A stretch of 64,000 nucleotides of DNA from contig NC_043012.1 of assembly GCF_006345805.1 (NCBI RefSeq), positions 29,574,001 through 29,638,000 of the forward strand, written 5' to 3'. Positions 39,384-50,622 of this stretch are shown piece after piece (within the stretch, counting starts at the first letter, position 1; each line of letters opens with the position of its first letter). The translations under genes were made by a program, and so were the position numbers. Origin of the DNA: Octopus sinensis. Lineage: Eukaryota. The notes under the pieces are model-generated. The model searched no databases and was not told where the DNA came from. It was given only the letters and a program-made list of their open reading frames with translations.

Positions 39384-39439
39384 CAGCTGATTATGCCTGG
39401 GCGGTGGCACTGGTGCCATCTCCCATTGACAGTCAACAG
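39384..39439 (+). CDS. Candidate host exon (ADYAWAVALVPSPIDSQQ); alternative acceptors at 39377, 39380 and 39387
   Basis: Long polypyrimidine tract at 39323-39362, clustered AGs, donor CAG|gtttgc. Confidence 0.35.
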
Positions 39440-39629
39440 GTTTGCTGTTTTAACTACTTCCTCATTCTCTGCCTCCATACTTCACTGTTCCCACCACCCC
39501 CATCACACCCTCTCTTTCTCTCTCAATCTGTGTGTCTCTTGTCTGTCTGTCTACCTGACTGCCTTTGTATTCAGAGAGCTATTTATCCATTTATACATTT
39601 ATCTATATCTACCTCTTTCTCTGTCTCTG

Positions 39630-39737
<108 letters not shown>

Positions 39738-39754
39738 ATATATATATATATATA

Positions 39755-39999
39755 CAGGGTGTTCAAAAAGTCTCTCTGCAGTGAATTTTGTCATCCTGAC
39801 TCTCCCAAGATGTATTTCAAAATATGTGTAGAAGAGTCAACTTATGTATTGAAAATGAAGGACAACACTTTCAACACCTCTTATAACGTTTTTTAAAGTC
39901 TTGTAAAGTCTGATATATTCTTTTGTAGTCTTATACCATTTTATAAATATTTAATTTGCAATTAAACACTTACTGCAGAGAGACTTTTTGAACACCCTG
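39755..39999. mobile_element. Tc1/mariner-type MITE
   Basis: 28-bp perfect TIRs CAGGGTGTTCAAAAAGTCTCTCTGCAGT; TA on the left, TG on the right. Confidence 0.85.
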
Positions 40000-40608
40000 T
40001 GTGTGTGTGTGTTTCCTGCATATCTCTCTGCCTATCTAGCTGTTTACCTATCCACAAATTGATCAATCTCTTATGATAAAAGGCAGATTTTCTCTGCCTC
40101 TCACATAGTTTGTTTTTAATACAATTGTACAATATAGAATTTCTTCAATTGGAATTTACCTATGATTTTTCGAAGTAGATTTGATTGGGTCATGGCATAT
40201 ACATTTTTTTCAATTTCACCCCCAATTAAGCAAAAATTCCAGAAAACTCAATATTTTACGATTTGCCTCTCTCATTTCAAATGCTTTACTCCTGCTATTA
40301 CCACACTTTCTCCTACTTTCTCTTTGCAAGTGTATACAACTATCATATCCTCTTTCTGCAATTCTTATTCAACATCACACATTCTGCTACTGTCGCTAAC
40401 TTTTGGTAGTATTCATTAGCGAGCGTACTTCAGTTGTCAATTGTTGAAAGAAAGAAATTGTAAGCTAAGAAAGTGTGTGTGTGTATGTGTGCATGCAGGA
40501 AGTGAAGGATTAAAATATGGCAAGAAGTGGACAGATGTACATATATACATACATACATCCATACATACATACATGTGTGTATGTATGTGTATTAATGTGT
40601 GTGTGTTA

Positions 40609-41000
40609 TCTCTCTCTATGTAAAGCTGAAGTTGTCTGTGTGCGGCAGGTTTGGTAGCCTTCAACTAACACTATCTCCTCCGAGACCCTGCGGTGCAAGT
40701 TGACCAAAATTGAGAGTATGATAGAAGAAGGGTTGCTCTTCCTTCTGTAGGAGATAAAATTCAAATCGGACCATGTTAACACCAAAAATTATTTACATCA
40801 AAAAGGTGCTTTTTTCTATGAAAATCCCTATTTTTTACGATTTTTTTCACTGCTGTGTCGCCACTTTTCGGTGTATTTCAACCAGAAAAATTTTCACTTG
40901 AAGAGAATAACAAGCTACATAATGCAAAATTTTTACTTTTCAAAAATTCCAATTCCAGCGGGTCGAAACAAACCTGAGCAACGCCGGGCGATACTGCTAG
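40609..41000 (+). mobile_element. Non-autonomous Helitron (copy C)
   Basis: A|TC start; cctgagcaacgccgggcgatactgCTAG|T end. Confidence 0.7.
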
Positions 41001-41521
41001 TCTATATATAAGTATATATACTGCTAGTCTATATGTAGGTATAGAAAAACAGATGTGAATTGATAATACAAAAGCATGTCTATATGTGTGAGAGCGAGTA
41101 TTGTGTGCCTTACATGAATGTGTTTATGATTGTGTTTATGTAATATCTGTATTTATACATGTTAGGGTGAGGGCAATTAGAATCCCATCTGTGTATGTGT
41201 GTGTGTGTATATGTATGCATGTGTATATATATTCGAATACATATATATATATATATATAATATATATATATATATACACACATATATATTTACACACACA
41301 CACATATACATACATACATACATTATATATAGATTAAGATAAACTTACTTGGAATGGATGCATGCCGTTGAGGAGTAGATGGACAACTGACAAGGGTTGT
41401 TCTTTACATTACTTGTCCGGTTTTCCATTTGTTTCTCTCGTTGTTTCCGTATTCAACTCATTTGTTTCTGTATTTCATGTTGTTTAATGTTGGTGACGTT
41501 CCGTACCCATATATGCATATG

Positions 41522-41566
<45 letters not shown>

Positions 41567-41660
41567 ATATGCATGTATGTATGTATGTATATATGTATGT
41601 GTGTGTATGTATGTATATATATATGTGTGTGTATGTGTATATATAATATATATATACATA

Positions 41661-43257
41661 TAGGAGGGGGATAAATATTCGTACATGTCAAAATTCTTCA
41701 TTTATTTAATTTCTAATGAACATAAGTGGGATATACCAATACTATGTTTGCATACACGTGCATAAACTAAGAATATGCAAAAGAAAGTAATAAATTATAG
41801 TAACTAAGGAATTTATATTCAATTATAAATATTTAGGGGTGAAAAAAGTATTCGTACAGAACATAAATAACTGATAATTCTGATTTAATACTTCGTAGCA
41901 TAACCATTATTCAGTTCCACTTCAACCAATCTCTTCTTGTAGTTCTTAATCAATGACTCGCATGTTTCTTTAGGAATTTTTTCCCATTCTTCTTGTCAAA
42001 TTTTCTTCAAATCTGTAATGCACGTTGGGGCTCTTGAATGAATTTTACTTTTCAAATAACGCCACAAATTTTCAATGGGGTTCAAGTCAGGTGACTGGCT
42101 TGGCCATTCTAATAATTTTATATTGTGATCGACAATCTATTTTTTTGGTAGACTTCGCCGTGTGCTTAGGGTCGTTATCCTGTTGTAAAATCCACCATTC
42201 ATAAAGCTGGAGCTTTTCTACAGAGTCCCATAAATTATTGTTCAAAATATTTTGGTACATCTCTGCATTCATTCTACCATCTATCACATGTAACTTGCCA
42301 GTACCATTTGCAGAGAAACACCCCCACACCATGATGTTGCCACCTCCAAACTTTATGGTAGGAATTGTGTTTTTCGGCGAATAGGCAGTACCATCTTTCC
42401 TCCAAACATGGCTACGTGAATTTCTTCCAAACAATTCAATTTTTGACTTGTCTGTCCATAGAACATTTTCCCAGAATGTATCAGATTTATCTTTATGTTC
42501 ATTAACAAATTTTAAATGGGCATCTCTATGCCTTTTAGTCAACAGCGAAGTTTTTCTAGGAGAGTGTGACAGTTCATTCCTATGAAGTTCATTGCTGATT
42601 GTTTGTAGTGTAACACTAATCCCCGAAGCTAACAAATCTTCTTGCAACTCCTTTCTGGTGATCATTGCGTTTTTTTCGATTCTTCACTTCATTTTTCTTA
42701 AAGATCTAGGGAAAATCTTGCGTGATGCACCGGATCTTATTCTGTTTTCAACAGTTCCTGATTCTTTATATCTTTGAATAAATGAAGATATGGTAGAAAA
42801 TGGAATACAAAGGGTCTCTGATATTTTCCTGTAACTTTTACCTCTTTTCCACTGTTCAATAATTAAGTTTTTCACTGAATTTGTGAGTTCTTTACTTTTC
42901 GCCATTATTACGATACTACTTTATGTTGTCTCAATGCTGAATGAAGAAGCTAGCGTTTTGACACAACTGATAAGATTATTGGAACAAACGAGAAAGTTCT
43001 AGTAAAAAAATAGTATTTTAATAGTATTTTGTGGCATAGAAAATCATAAACTTATTCTGTACGAATACTTTTTTCACCCCTAAATAGTTATGATTGTTTA
43101 TAAATTCCTTAGTTACTATAATTTATTAGTTTCTTTTGCATATTCTTAGTTTATGCATGTGTATGCAAATATAGTATTGGTATATCCCATTTATGTTCAT
43201 TAGAAATTAAATAAATGAAGAATTTTGACATGTACGAATATTTATTTCCACCCACTG
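41661..43257 (-). mobile_element. Full-length Tc1-family transposon with about 200-bp IR/DR-type TIRs
   Basis: TIRs about 41661-41863 and 43055-43257, each with outer and inner TATTCGTACA repeats; right end CACCCACTG|TA; left tip decayed. Confidence 0.92.
41885..42905 (-). pseudogene. Tc1 transposase (DD34E type) with two frameshifts
   Basis: Paired-like HTH MAKSKEL..., [50 protein letters not shown]; ends GYATKY*. Confidence 0.92.
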
Positions 43258-43301
<44 letters not shown>

Positions 43302-43309
43302 TATACATG

Positions 43310-43500
43310 GTGGTTGTCTACTCCTTATACAGAGTTTGACCACCTCCTGTACCTACACCTTAACACCATCATGGCGTCTGATGTGGCTTTTTAAACCAGA
43401 CAATATCCTGAAAAGATACCCACATAGATTGCACCTCTGATTTGGACCACCAGTACCTGCAGATAAGTTCTGCCCTTTGTGGATCTTAACATGTCAGGTT
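43310..43500 (-). mobile_element. RTE-type 3' fragment with terminal C2H2 finger
   Basis: Minus-strand CNLCGYLFRILSGLKSHIRRHDGVKV*. Confidence 0.5.
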
Positions 43501-43723
43501 GCTCTTGAGTGCTACTGGTAACATGTAATCCAGTACAACCTGTCGCATGGTCGGGTCGTCGTCGACTAAACTGGCAATCCCACCAGGCTTGCTTGGTGAG
43601 GAGAGTGTTGTTGGACACCCTACAGGATGAAAAATAAGACCCGTCAAAGGGCAGATGAACTCTGGAAGTCAACGACCATCCTACAAAATCTCTGTAAATA
43701 TGTATATATCTTTTTTTTTATGT

Positions 43724-43982
43724 GCTGGGAGTTGTGGCGTGCTCCTGTAATCCAGCTACTCAGAGGCTTGGTTGGTTGACCGGTTTGAGGATGGGAGTCC
43801 TGGTAGTCGGCATCAATATGGTGCTGGAGAGGGAGCTCATCAGGACCAGGTTGTCTAAGGAGGGTTGCTTCGGCCCAGGGCGGAAACACAGCAGGCAAAA
43901 GGCCCCATGTCGAGCAGTAGTGGGATCGCGCCTGTGAATAGTCGTCGGCTGGCAGCCTGTTCGATATAATTGAACTCCAGCC
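43724..43982 (+). pseudogene. RN7SL: 7SL (SRP) RNA-derived copy with about 40-nt internal deletion
   Basis: Alu-domain head GCTGGGAGTTGTGGCGTGCTCCTGTAATCCAGCTACTC, TCGGCATCAATATGGTG, CCAGGTTGTCTAAGGAGGG, helix 8 CCCAGGGCGGAAACACAGCAGG, AGTAGTGGGATCGCGCCTGTGAATAG; followed by T6. Confidence 0.92.
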
Positions 43983-44184
43983 TTTTTTACAGCATGGCCG
44001 CGGCCTTCGGGCTAAAACATTTTTAAGGATTTTAAGGATTTATATGTATGATTTTACTATATATATATATATATATATTATTTTATATCTTTTAATTGCA
44101 TCTTTTACTTTTCTCTATACAATATTATTTATATGTAATTCTTATTCACACATCGTACATATATATTATGCATATACATACATT

Positions 44185-44220
<36 letters not shown>

Positions 44221-44568
44221 TTTTAGAAAGAATTCTTGATGCATTTCCTATATTTTGAAGATTTATTTTTTTAATTAAGAATTATTAATGATATAAAAGA
44301 TTTCTCAAAATAAAAAATAAAAAAGATTGACATGAAATCATTTTGGGAAAGAAAGATTTCTGTGTGTCTCTGTCTTTCTGTTTCCATGCTTTGACATCAT
44401 GTGCTAATTGCAAACAAGTATGATTGCCATACAAGTGATGCGGTTTATTTGTGAACATGTGTCTGAACCTTGGGAAAATATTACCTTACCTGGAAACCTT
44501 ACCTGGTGAGGGTTGGGGAGAGGAAGAGCATCCAGGTGTAGAAAATCTATATCAGTGAATCCCATCTG

Positions 44569-44631
<63 letters not shown>

Positions 44632-45858
44632 TCGGTGGAGTCATTGGAATGTTGGATAGAATACCTTGTGTTATTTGTTCCAACTCTCTATGTTCTGAGT
44701 TCAAATCCTGTCCTATCTCCTCAAAAACATGGCACTTATCTCAGATGCTTTGACTGACAAATACGTATATATACTTATAACTTTATTTTTTATTTGAGCA
44801 TGGAACTGTGTAACGCACATCTATTTTCCTCTCATCCTGCCTTCATTTTTAATAAACTGGTATACAATAATATCCTCGATTAGAGATATTTCTTCATTTT
44901 AATATTCTTTTGACTACTCTCTCTCTGATGACGGAATACTCAGCTTATGGAATCCTTACTCAGTATCATAATTCACATGTTTGGCTTTTTCTACAAACAG
45001 CCGTGAGAGACTCTGTTTAGATTCTCCATCTAAATGAAATGTTTGTTTTGAGTGGCACCAAAAGTTTTGCTTTTTCATTTTTTATTCTAATCTATTTCAC
45101 ATATATATACACACACAGTGGGCTTCCATCAAGTTTCCTTTCTACCAAATTCCATCAGAAGTCTTTATTTGATCTGGGTCTATAGTAGAAGACACTTTTG
45201 CACAAGATGTCACACAGTGGGACTGAACCTGAATGCATGTGGTTGGAAGGCAAACTTCTCAACCACACAGCCATACCTCTATGTGTGTGTGTTTTGTGTG
45301 TGTGTGTGTGTGTGTGTGTGTACAAGTATATGCTGTGTGTGTGCACATTTGTTATTTCATATTGAAGTGAAGTTGAGAAATGCCAAGTTGAAAGATTTCA
45401 ATTATTTCAGGTATTTCAAGTGAAGTTTCCAACATGGAATGTGGAGAATGTTCTGGAGATTTCCTTTTGACAACTCTGTGTGTGTGTGTGTGTGTGTACT
45501 TCTGTATATGTGACTCATATACGTGTAGGATGATTTATAAAGTCCTTGTTAAACTTTAAATCTTATTGATGTATTAGATTTCTTTTTTGTTTTTCAGTGT
45601 TTCATTCTTTATTTTGCTAAACTATTGGGACAGGCCATGCTGGTGCACTGTCCTCTTTTGTTGTAACTGGATTTACAAATATAAATCCCTTTATATTAAT
45701 CCATTCTGTTGTGGCATAGATTCACACCCTGCAGATGCTATTACTATCACAGCTAGATATCCTTCTTCTTCAGACCCCAATAAACCGAGATGAATTTTAT
45801 CTCACTTCACTAGGAATCTTTCTGTAACTATTGATAAATAAAATATAATATCAGTATA

Positions 45859-46030
45859 TATAGATCAAAACAGCTTGACTCAGACTCCTTGGTACTCTGA
45901 GTTTCAAGTATGTGGCTAGTCTTCAGCCATTGGAGTCTGAACTCTCATTCAGACCCCAATGGCTGAAAACTAGCCACATGCTTGAAACTCAGAGTACCAA
46001 GGAGTCTGAATCAAGCTGTTTTGATCTATA
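45859..46030. repeat. Hairpin with 83-bp arms and 6-nt loop; a hammerhead-like motif in each arm
   Basis: Arms 45859-45941 and 45948-46030 with 4 mismatches; CTGAAGA (minus) or CTGAAAA (plus) ... GAAACTCAGAGTA. Confidence 0.85.
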
Positions 46031-46083
46031 CATGTAACACCCAGTAAATGTGTTCAGTGCCCTTCTTTCATTTGTCTACTCAG

Positions 46084-46117
<34 letters not shown>

Positions 46118-46275
46118 CCTTCTGTCCAGCATTTGCCATGATTGATCGGTAGCCACTACACACATTTTTTTTCTCTCCTTGTTTCTTTCTGTGTTCCTTT
46201 ATATATTTATATATATATATGTGTGTGTGTGTGTTTTCTCCTTTTTTTTTTCTCTCCTTGTTTCTGACTGTGTTC

Positions 46276-46311
46276 CTTTCTGTGGAAGAGCATAGGCTCG
46301 AAATGTTAAAG
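46276..46311 (+). ncRNA. Hammerhead-like fold with A6U core change
   Basis: CUUU-CUGUGGA-A-GAGC/AUAG/GCUC-GAAAUGUU-AAAG. Confidence 0.4.
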
Positions 46312-46397
46312 ACTTTTTCACTTCCCGTGCATTAAACTAATACATCTGTTTGTTTTCTACACCACTTGTCTTCTTCTTGTTTTTTCATGAACTCTCC

Positions 46398-46429
<32 letters not shown>

Positions 46430-48786
46430 AGATAGATAGATATTAAGTATACGATTAATTTATGGAATGAAGTTCTACAAATCTATTCATATTTGTCAAA
46501 ACTGGAGGAGATAAGGTGTGAAAAAGTTGTAAGTAGTTTACTCATGCATACAGTTGTTTTGTAAATAGATATAAACTCATTGTTGAATTTGCAAATTGTC
46601 ATAGTACTTAGCAGTGCAGAGAAAAAAAAACTTAGAAAAAGAACAGAGAAGTTGGATCTATGAGGAGTTTTATGTTTATCTGTTCCTAACTATGCGTGAT
46701 AGTGATGGGAGTCATGTCAATTATTAAATCACTAGTAACAGATGAACGGTTTGGGGATGATATAAATATAGAGATATTGATAACACTCTCTCTATAGATT
46801 AGCATAGATTTGCTAATTAAATCTCCATATATGTAGCATAGGGCAAGTTAGTTAGAGAAATGTCCAATGAGAAAATGTTACCTAAAATAATTCAAATCTA
46901 ACCTTTAAAAATAATACTTGGTATTTTTTAATTAAAAAATCATAAACAGATGAAGAAAGTTTAGCTTAAGGAAATTGTGTTTGTAAAATTTATACGAGAA
47001 AATTAATGCTGTCATTTATGGGGGAAGGGGAGGAGGAATTAAAAAGAAAGAAGTGGAAGTGGATGAAGGGCTCTTGTTTACTTAAGATCCATATTAAGGT
47101 AACATAGAAGTATAGTAAAGGAGAAAATAAGGTAAAGTGGTAATTCAAAGTGGTAATTTTTAATTTATATTTCAAACAAACACCATTTTCCCATATTGCT
47201 TCATATTTAAAAAAAAACTACCATTCGATAAATTATACAAATTTCACATTTTATATCTCTGAGGAGCAGAAGTGTTGTCTATAAATGCTTATCAATATAG
47301 GATTTCATTATAGGGACAGCACTTCGGCAAAACGATCGTAAGATGCTTTAAAAACTTAATTCGAAACTTTTAAACTGTCGTATTTATTATTATTATATAT
47401 TTATACTTATACATATTTACATATATTTATATTTTTAATACAACAATTATTCTACACATGTATATATCTTTCTGAAGAATTTTCTAATATTGATTTCCTA
47501 ATATTATTAACAATATGTTATATAGTGTAGCAAGTAGCCATTTTAAAATAACGCGCCAATTTGCGTTAGCTGGCAATATGACATAATGACATATTGCTGA
47601 AGAAATATGATTGTTGTTTTTCCATTGGTTAATATAACAGCTCATATAAGGATACTAAAAGTTACTTAAAGAATATATGTATATGATTTCAATTCTTTAA
47701 AGTCAAGTTGAGCAGTTATAAAAACCCTGGATTTGGGGAAAAACTTTAGTGTTTGTTGGATGTAACTAAACTCCACGACACTTACTCCTTTGAGACATTG
47801 GTGATTTTCATACCATGTCCAAGGAAAATCCAACAAGTCTATTTTGAATTGTTGTAATTACTTCTTTAGTTAGATTTATGAATTAGCTAGTGAGATATTT
47901 AGTTGTACTTCTACACGACGAAAATTATCTTTTCTTTCACATGTACATAATACAAAATGTTATATTTATATAATAAAACTAATTAAGAAAATGTTTTCTC
48001 TTTACGTTCTTCAACTGTGTATAAATATGCCTTTCTGTAATCATTAAATTGTATTTTCTTATAGCAGTTAAATGAACACAAAGATAATATTATACATACA
48101 TGACGCTAATATTCGTTAGCATTCCATAAAGTATATTTCTCTATGGCGTTATATACTGTAGTTTGGATTTGCATATAATGATAAGACTTAAGTTATAAGT
48201 GACGTTTTAATCATTATATACACCCTTACTTAAAAAGTCAAATAAAATAATCTATTTCCAAATAGGAAACAATAAATAGCATTGCATTACTGTAACAAAA
48301 TTAATTAGAGAATATACTATAATAATATAACATAAAAGAAGCAATGGTTGCTTAAAACCACTAAAATAGTATATATATATATATATATATAGAACAAAAA
48401 TGTAATAGAGGGCATTAAAATGTTTGGACAGGTAGACGACACAAAGGCGGACAAGAAAAACAACAATTAGAAGGACAGGCAAAAAAGACAGGTCATTCTT
48501 GGCTTTCTTTCATCAGTCAAGTACCAGGAGTCACGACCATTTCAGACAGTTACACTTGAGGTGTTTCGATCTGGTTGCCCCCCAAAAAAGTCTAAGCTAA
48601 GAGCATTAGACCCCCTGTATATATAAGTGTTATAATATCCTCACACACACATATATATATATATATATCATGGACAACGGGTGTTAAATGATGATGATGA
48701 TATATATACACCCACACACACCTAAGAAGAAAACAAAAAACATGGGCTTTGTACATTCATTTTCAATTGATTGAGTAAACTAAAGT

Positions 48787-48876
48787 ATGAATGCACCTTA
48801 AAGGCATATCAGAAACAGCTGTAAGTCTACAATGAATGCACCTTAAAGGCATATCAGAAACAGCTGTAAGTCTACA
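48787..48876. repeat. Perfect 45-bp tandem duplication
   Basis: atgaatgcaccttaaaggcatatcagaaacagctgtaagtctaca twice. Confidence 0.9.
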
Positions 48877-49220
48877 ATGCACAAATAAAGGTATAAAGCC
48901 CACTACTATTTATATCCTTTTCTTATATATCACTCTGTGAAAACATACCACATTAACTTGGTAATACAATCATGGATTTACAAAGTCAACTACTGATGGA
49001 CTTCACATTGGGGTCTCACCTTTTGATTACCTAGGGTTCAACACCAATCACATGACTCTTTTGTCATCCCAGTCTATTTGTATCAACAGAGAGCTTAAGA
49101 AGTATTTTGCTTGGATTATTAATCCCTTATTTATAATTCTTTGTTCTTATATAATCAAGACATTTGTATATTCACACACCATTGATATATAACATACATT
49201 ACACACACGGTATTAATACA

Positions 49221-49254
<34 letters not shown>

Positions 49255-49255
<1 letters not shown>

Positions 49256-50296
49256 TTGTGCAAGAGAGACGATTGCGCTGGTATGGTCATGTGGCGAGAA
49301 TGGATGAAGATAGGTGTGTGAGAAAGTGCCAATCCGTAGCAGTTGAGGGAACCCGTGGAAGAGGTAGACCCAGGAAAACCTGGGACGAGGTGGTGAAGCA
49401 CGACCTTCGAACTTTAGGCCTCACTGAGGAAATGACCAGCGACCGAGACCTTTGGAAATATTCTGTACGTGAGAAGACCAGGCAGGACAAGTGAGCCCAG
49501 CCCACTTATGAATGCCTTTCCTCCCTTGGACACAAAGACCTGTTGAGGCAAGCGAAGTCGATATAGAACCTCATCCGACGACAGACACCCATGCTAACCC
49601 CCCATGCTTGCGAAGACATGTTGGGGCAAGCGAAACCAAATTGAACCAGCCAGGATCCCTGGCCTGGTGGTACGTAAAAAGCACTATCCGACTCGTGGCC
49701 GTGGCACGTAAAATACTCCAATGCGACCGTACCACAGGCACCCATGCCAACCCCCTTTGCTTGTGAAGACATGTTGGGGCAAGCGAAATCGAAATAGAAT
49801 TGAACCAGCCAGGATCACTGGTCTGGTGGTACGTAAAAAGCACTATCCGACTCGTGACCGTGGCACGTAAAATATTCCAATGCGACCGTACGACAGGCAC
49901 CCATGCCAACCCCCTTTGCTTGTGAAGACATGTTGGGGCAAGCGAAATCGAAATCGAATTGAACCAGCCAGGATCCCTGGTCTGGTGGTACGTAAAAGGC
50001 ACTATCCGACTCGTGGCCGATGCCAGCACCGCCTCGACTGGCTTCCGTGCCGGTGGCACATAAAATACACCAATCAGACCGTGGCCATTGCCAGCCTCGC
50101 CTGGCACCTGTGCAGGTGGCACGTAAAAAGCACCCACTACACTCACGGAGTGGTTGGCGTTAGGAAGGGCATCCAGCTGTAGAAACATTGCCAGATTAGA
50201 CTGGAGCCTGGTGCAGCCTTCTGGCTTCCCAGAACCCCGGTCGAACCGTCCAACCCATGCTAGCATGGAGAACGGACGTTAAACGATGATGATGAT
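49255..50296 (+). mobile_element. 5'-truncated RTE LINE with a triplicated 3' UTR block
   Basis: QERRLRWYGHVARMDEDRCVRKC...GRGRPRKTW...REKTRQDK*, units starting at 49588, 49741 and 49901, (GAT)n tail. Confidence 0.92.
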
Positions 50297-50330
50297 ATAT
50301 ATATAAGTACCGGAGCGGGTTATTCTAGCA

Positions 50331-50403
50331 AAAACTGTCCGGTGAACGGCAACGGGAAACTCAGAGTAACAGGTTTTGTTGAATTTTCTGCTGCTTTAAA
50401 TAA
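50331..50403 (+). ncRNA. Hammerhead-like motif of the GAAACUCAGAGUA family, degenerate core
   Basis: AAAACUGU-CCGGUGA-ACG/GCAA/CGG-GAAACUCAGAGU-A-ACAG. Confidence 0.4.
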
Positions 50404-50582
50404 AGTATATATATAAGTAAATAGATGAGTGTATTTTTCCCTTGTTAACAATTAACATGGAAAAAATAGATAAATAGTTACCAGGGTTGCAAAAAATCAC
50501 ACAAGTAAAGAGAAATCTTCGAAACATGTGTCAGAAGTAAAGGTATTTGAATTATACCTGTGTTAAACTCCATTTATTTATA

Positions 50583-50620
<38 letters not shown>

Positions 50621-50622
<2 letters not shown>

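Noticed and set aside
49588-50010. Regularly spaced repeats resembling a CRISPR array
   Set aside because: Whole units are duplicated with no unique spacers; they lie in an RTE 3' UTR of a eukaryote and no cas genes are present.
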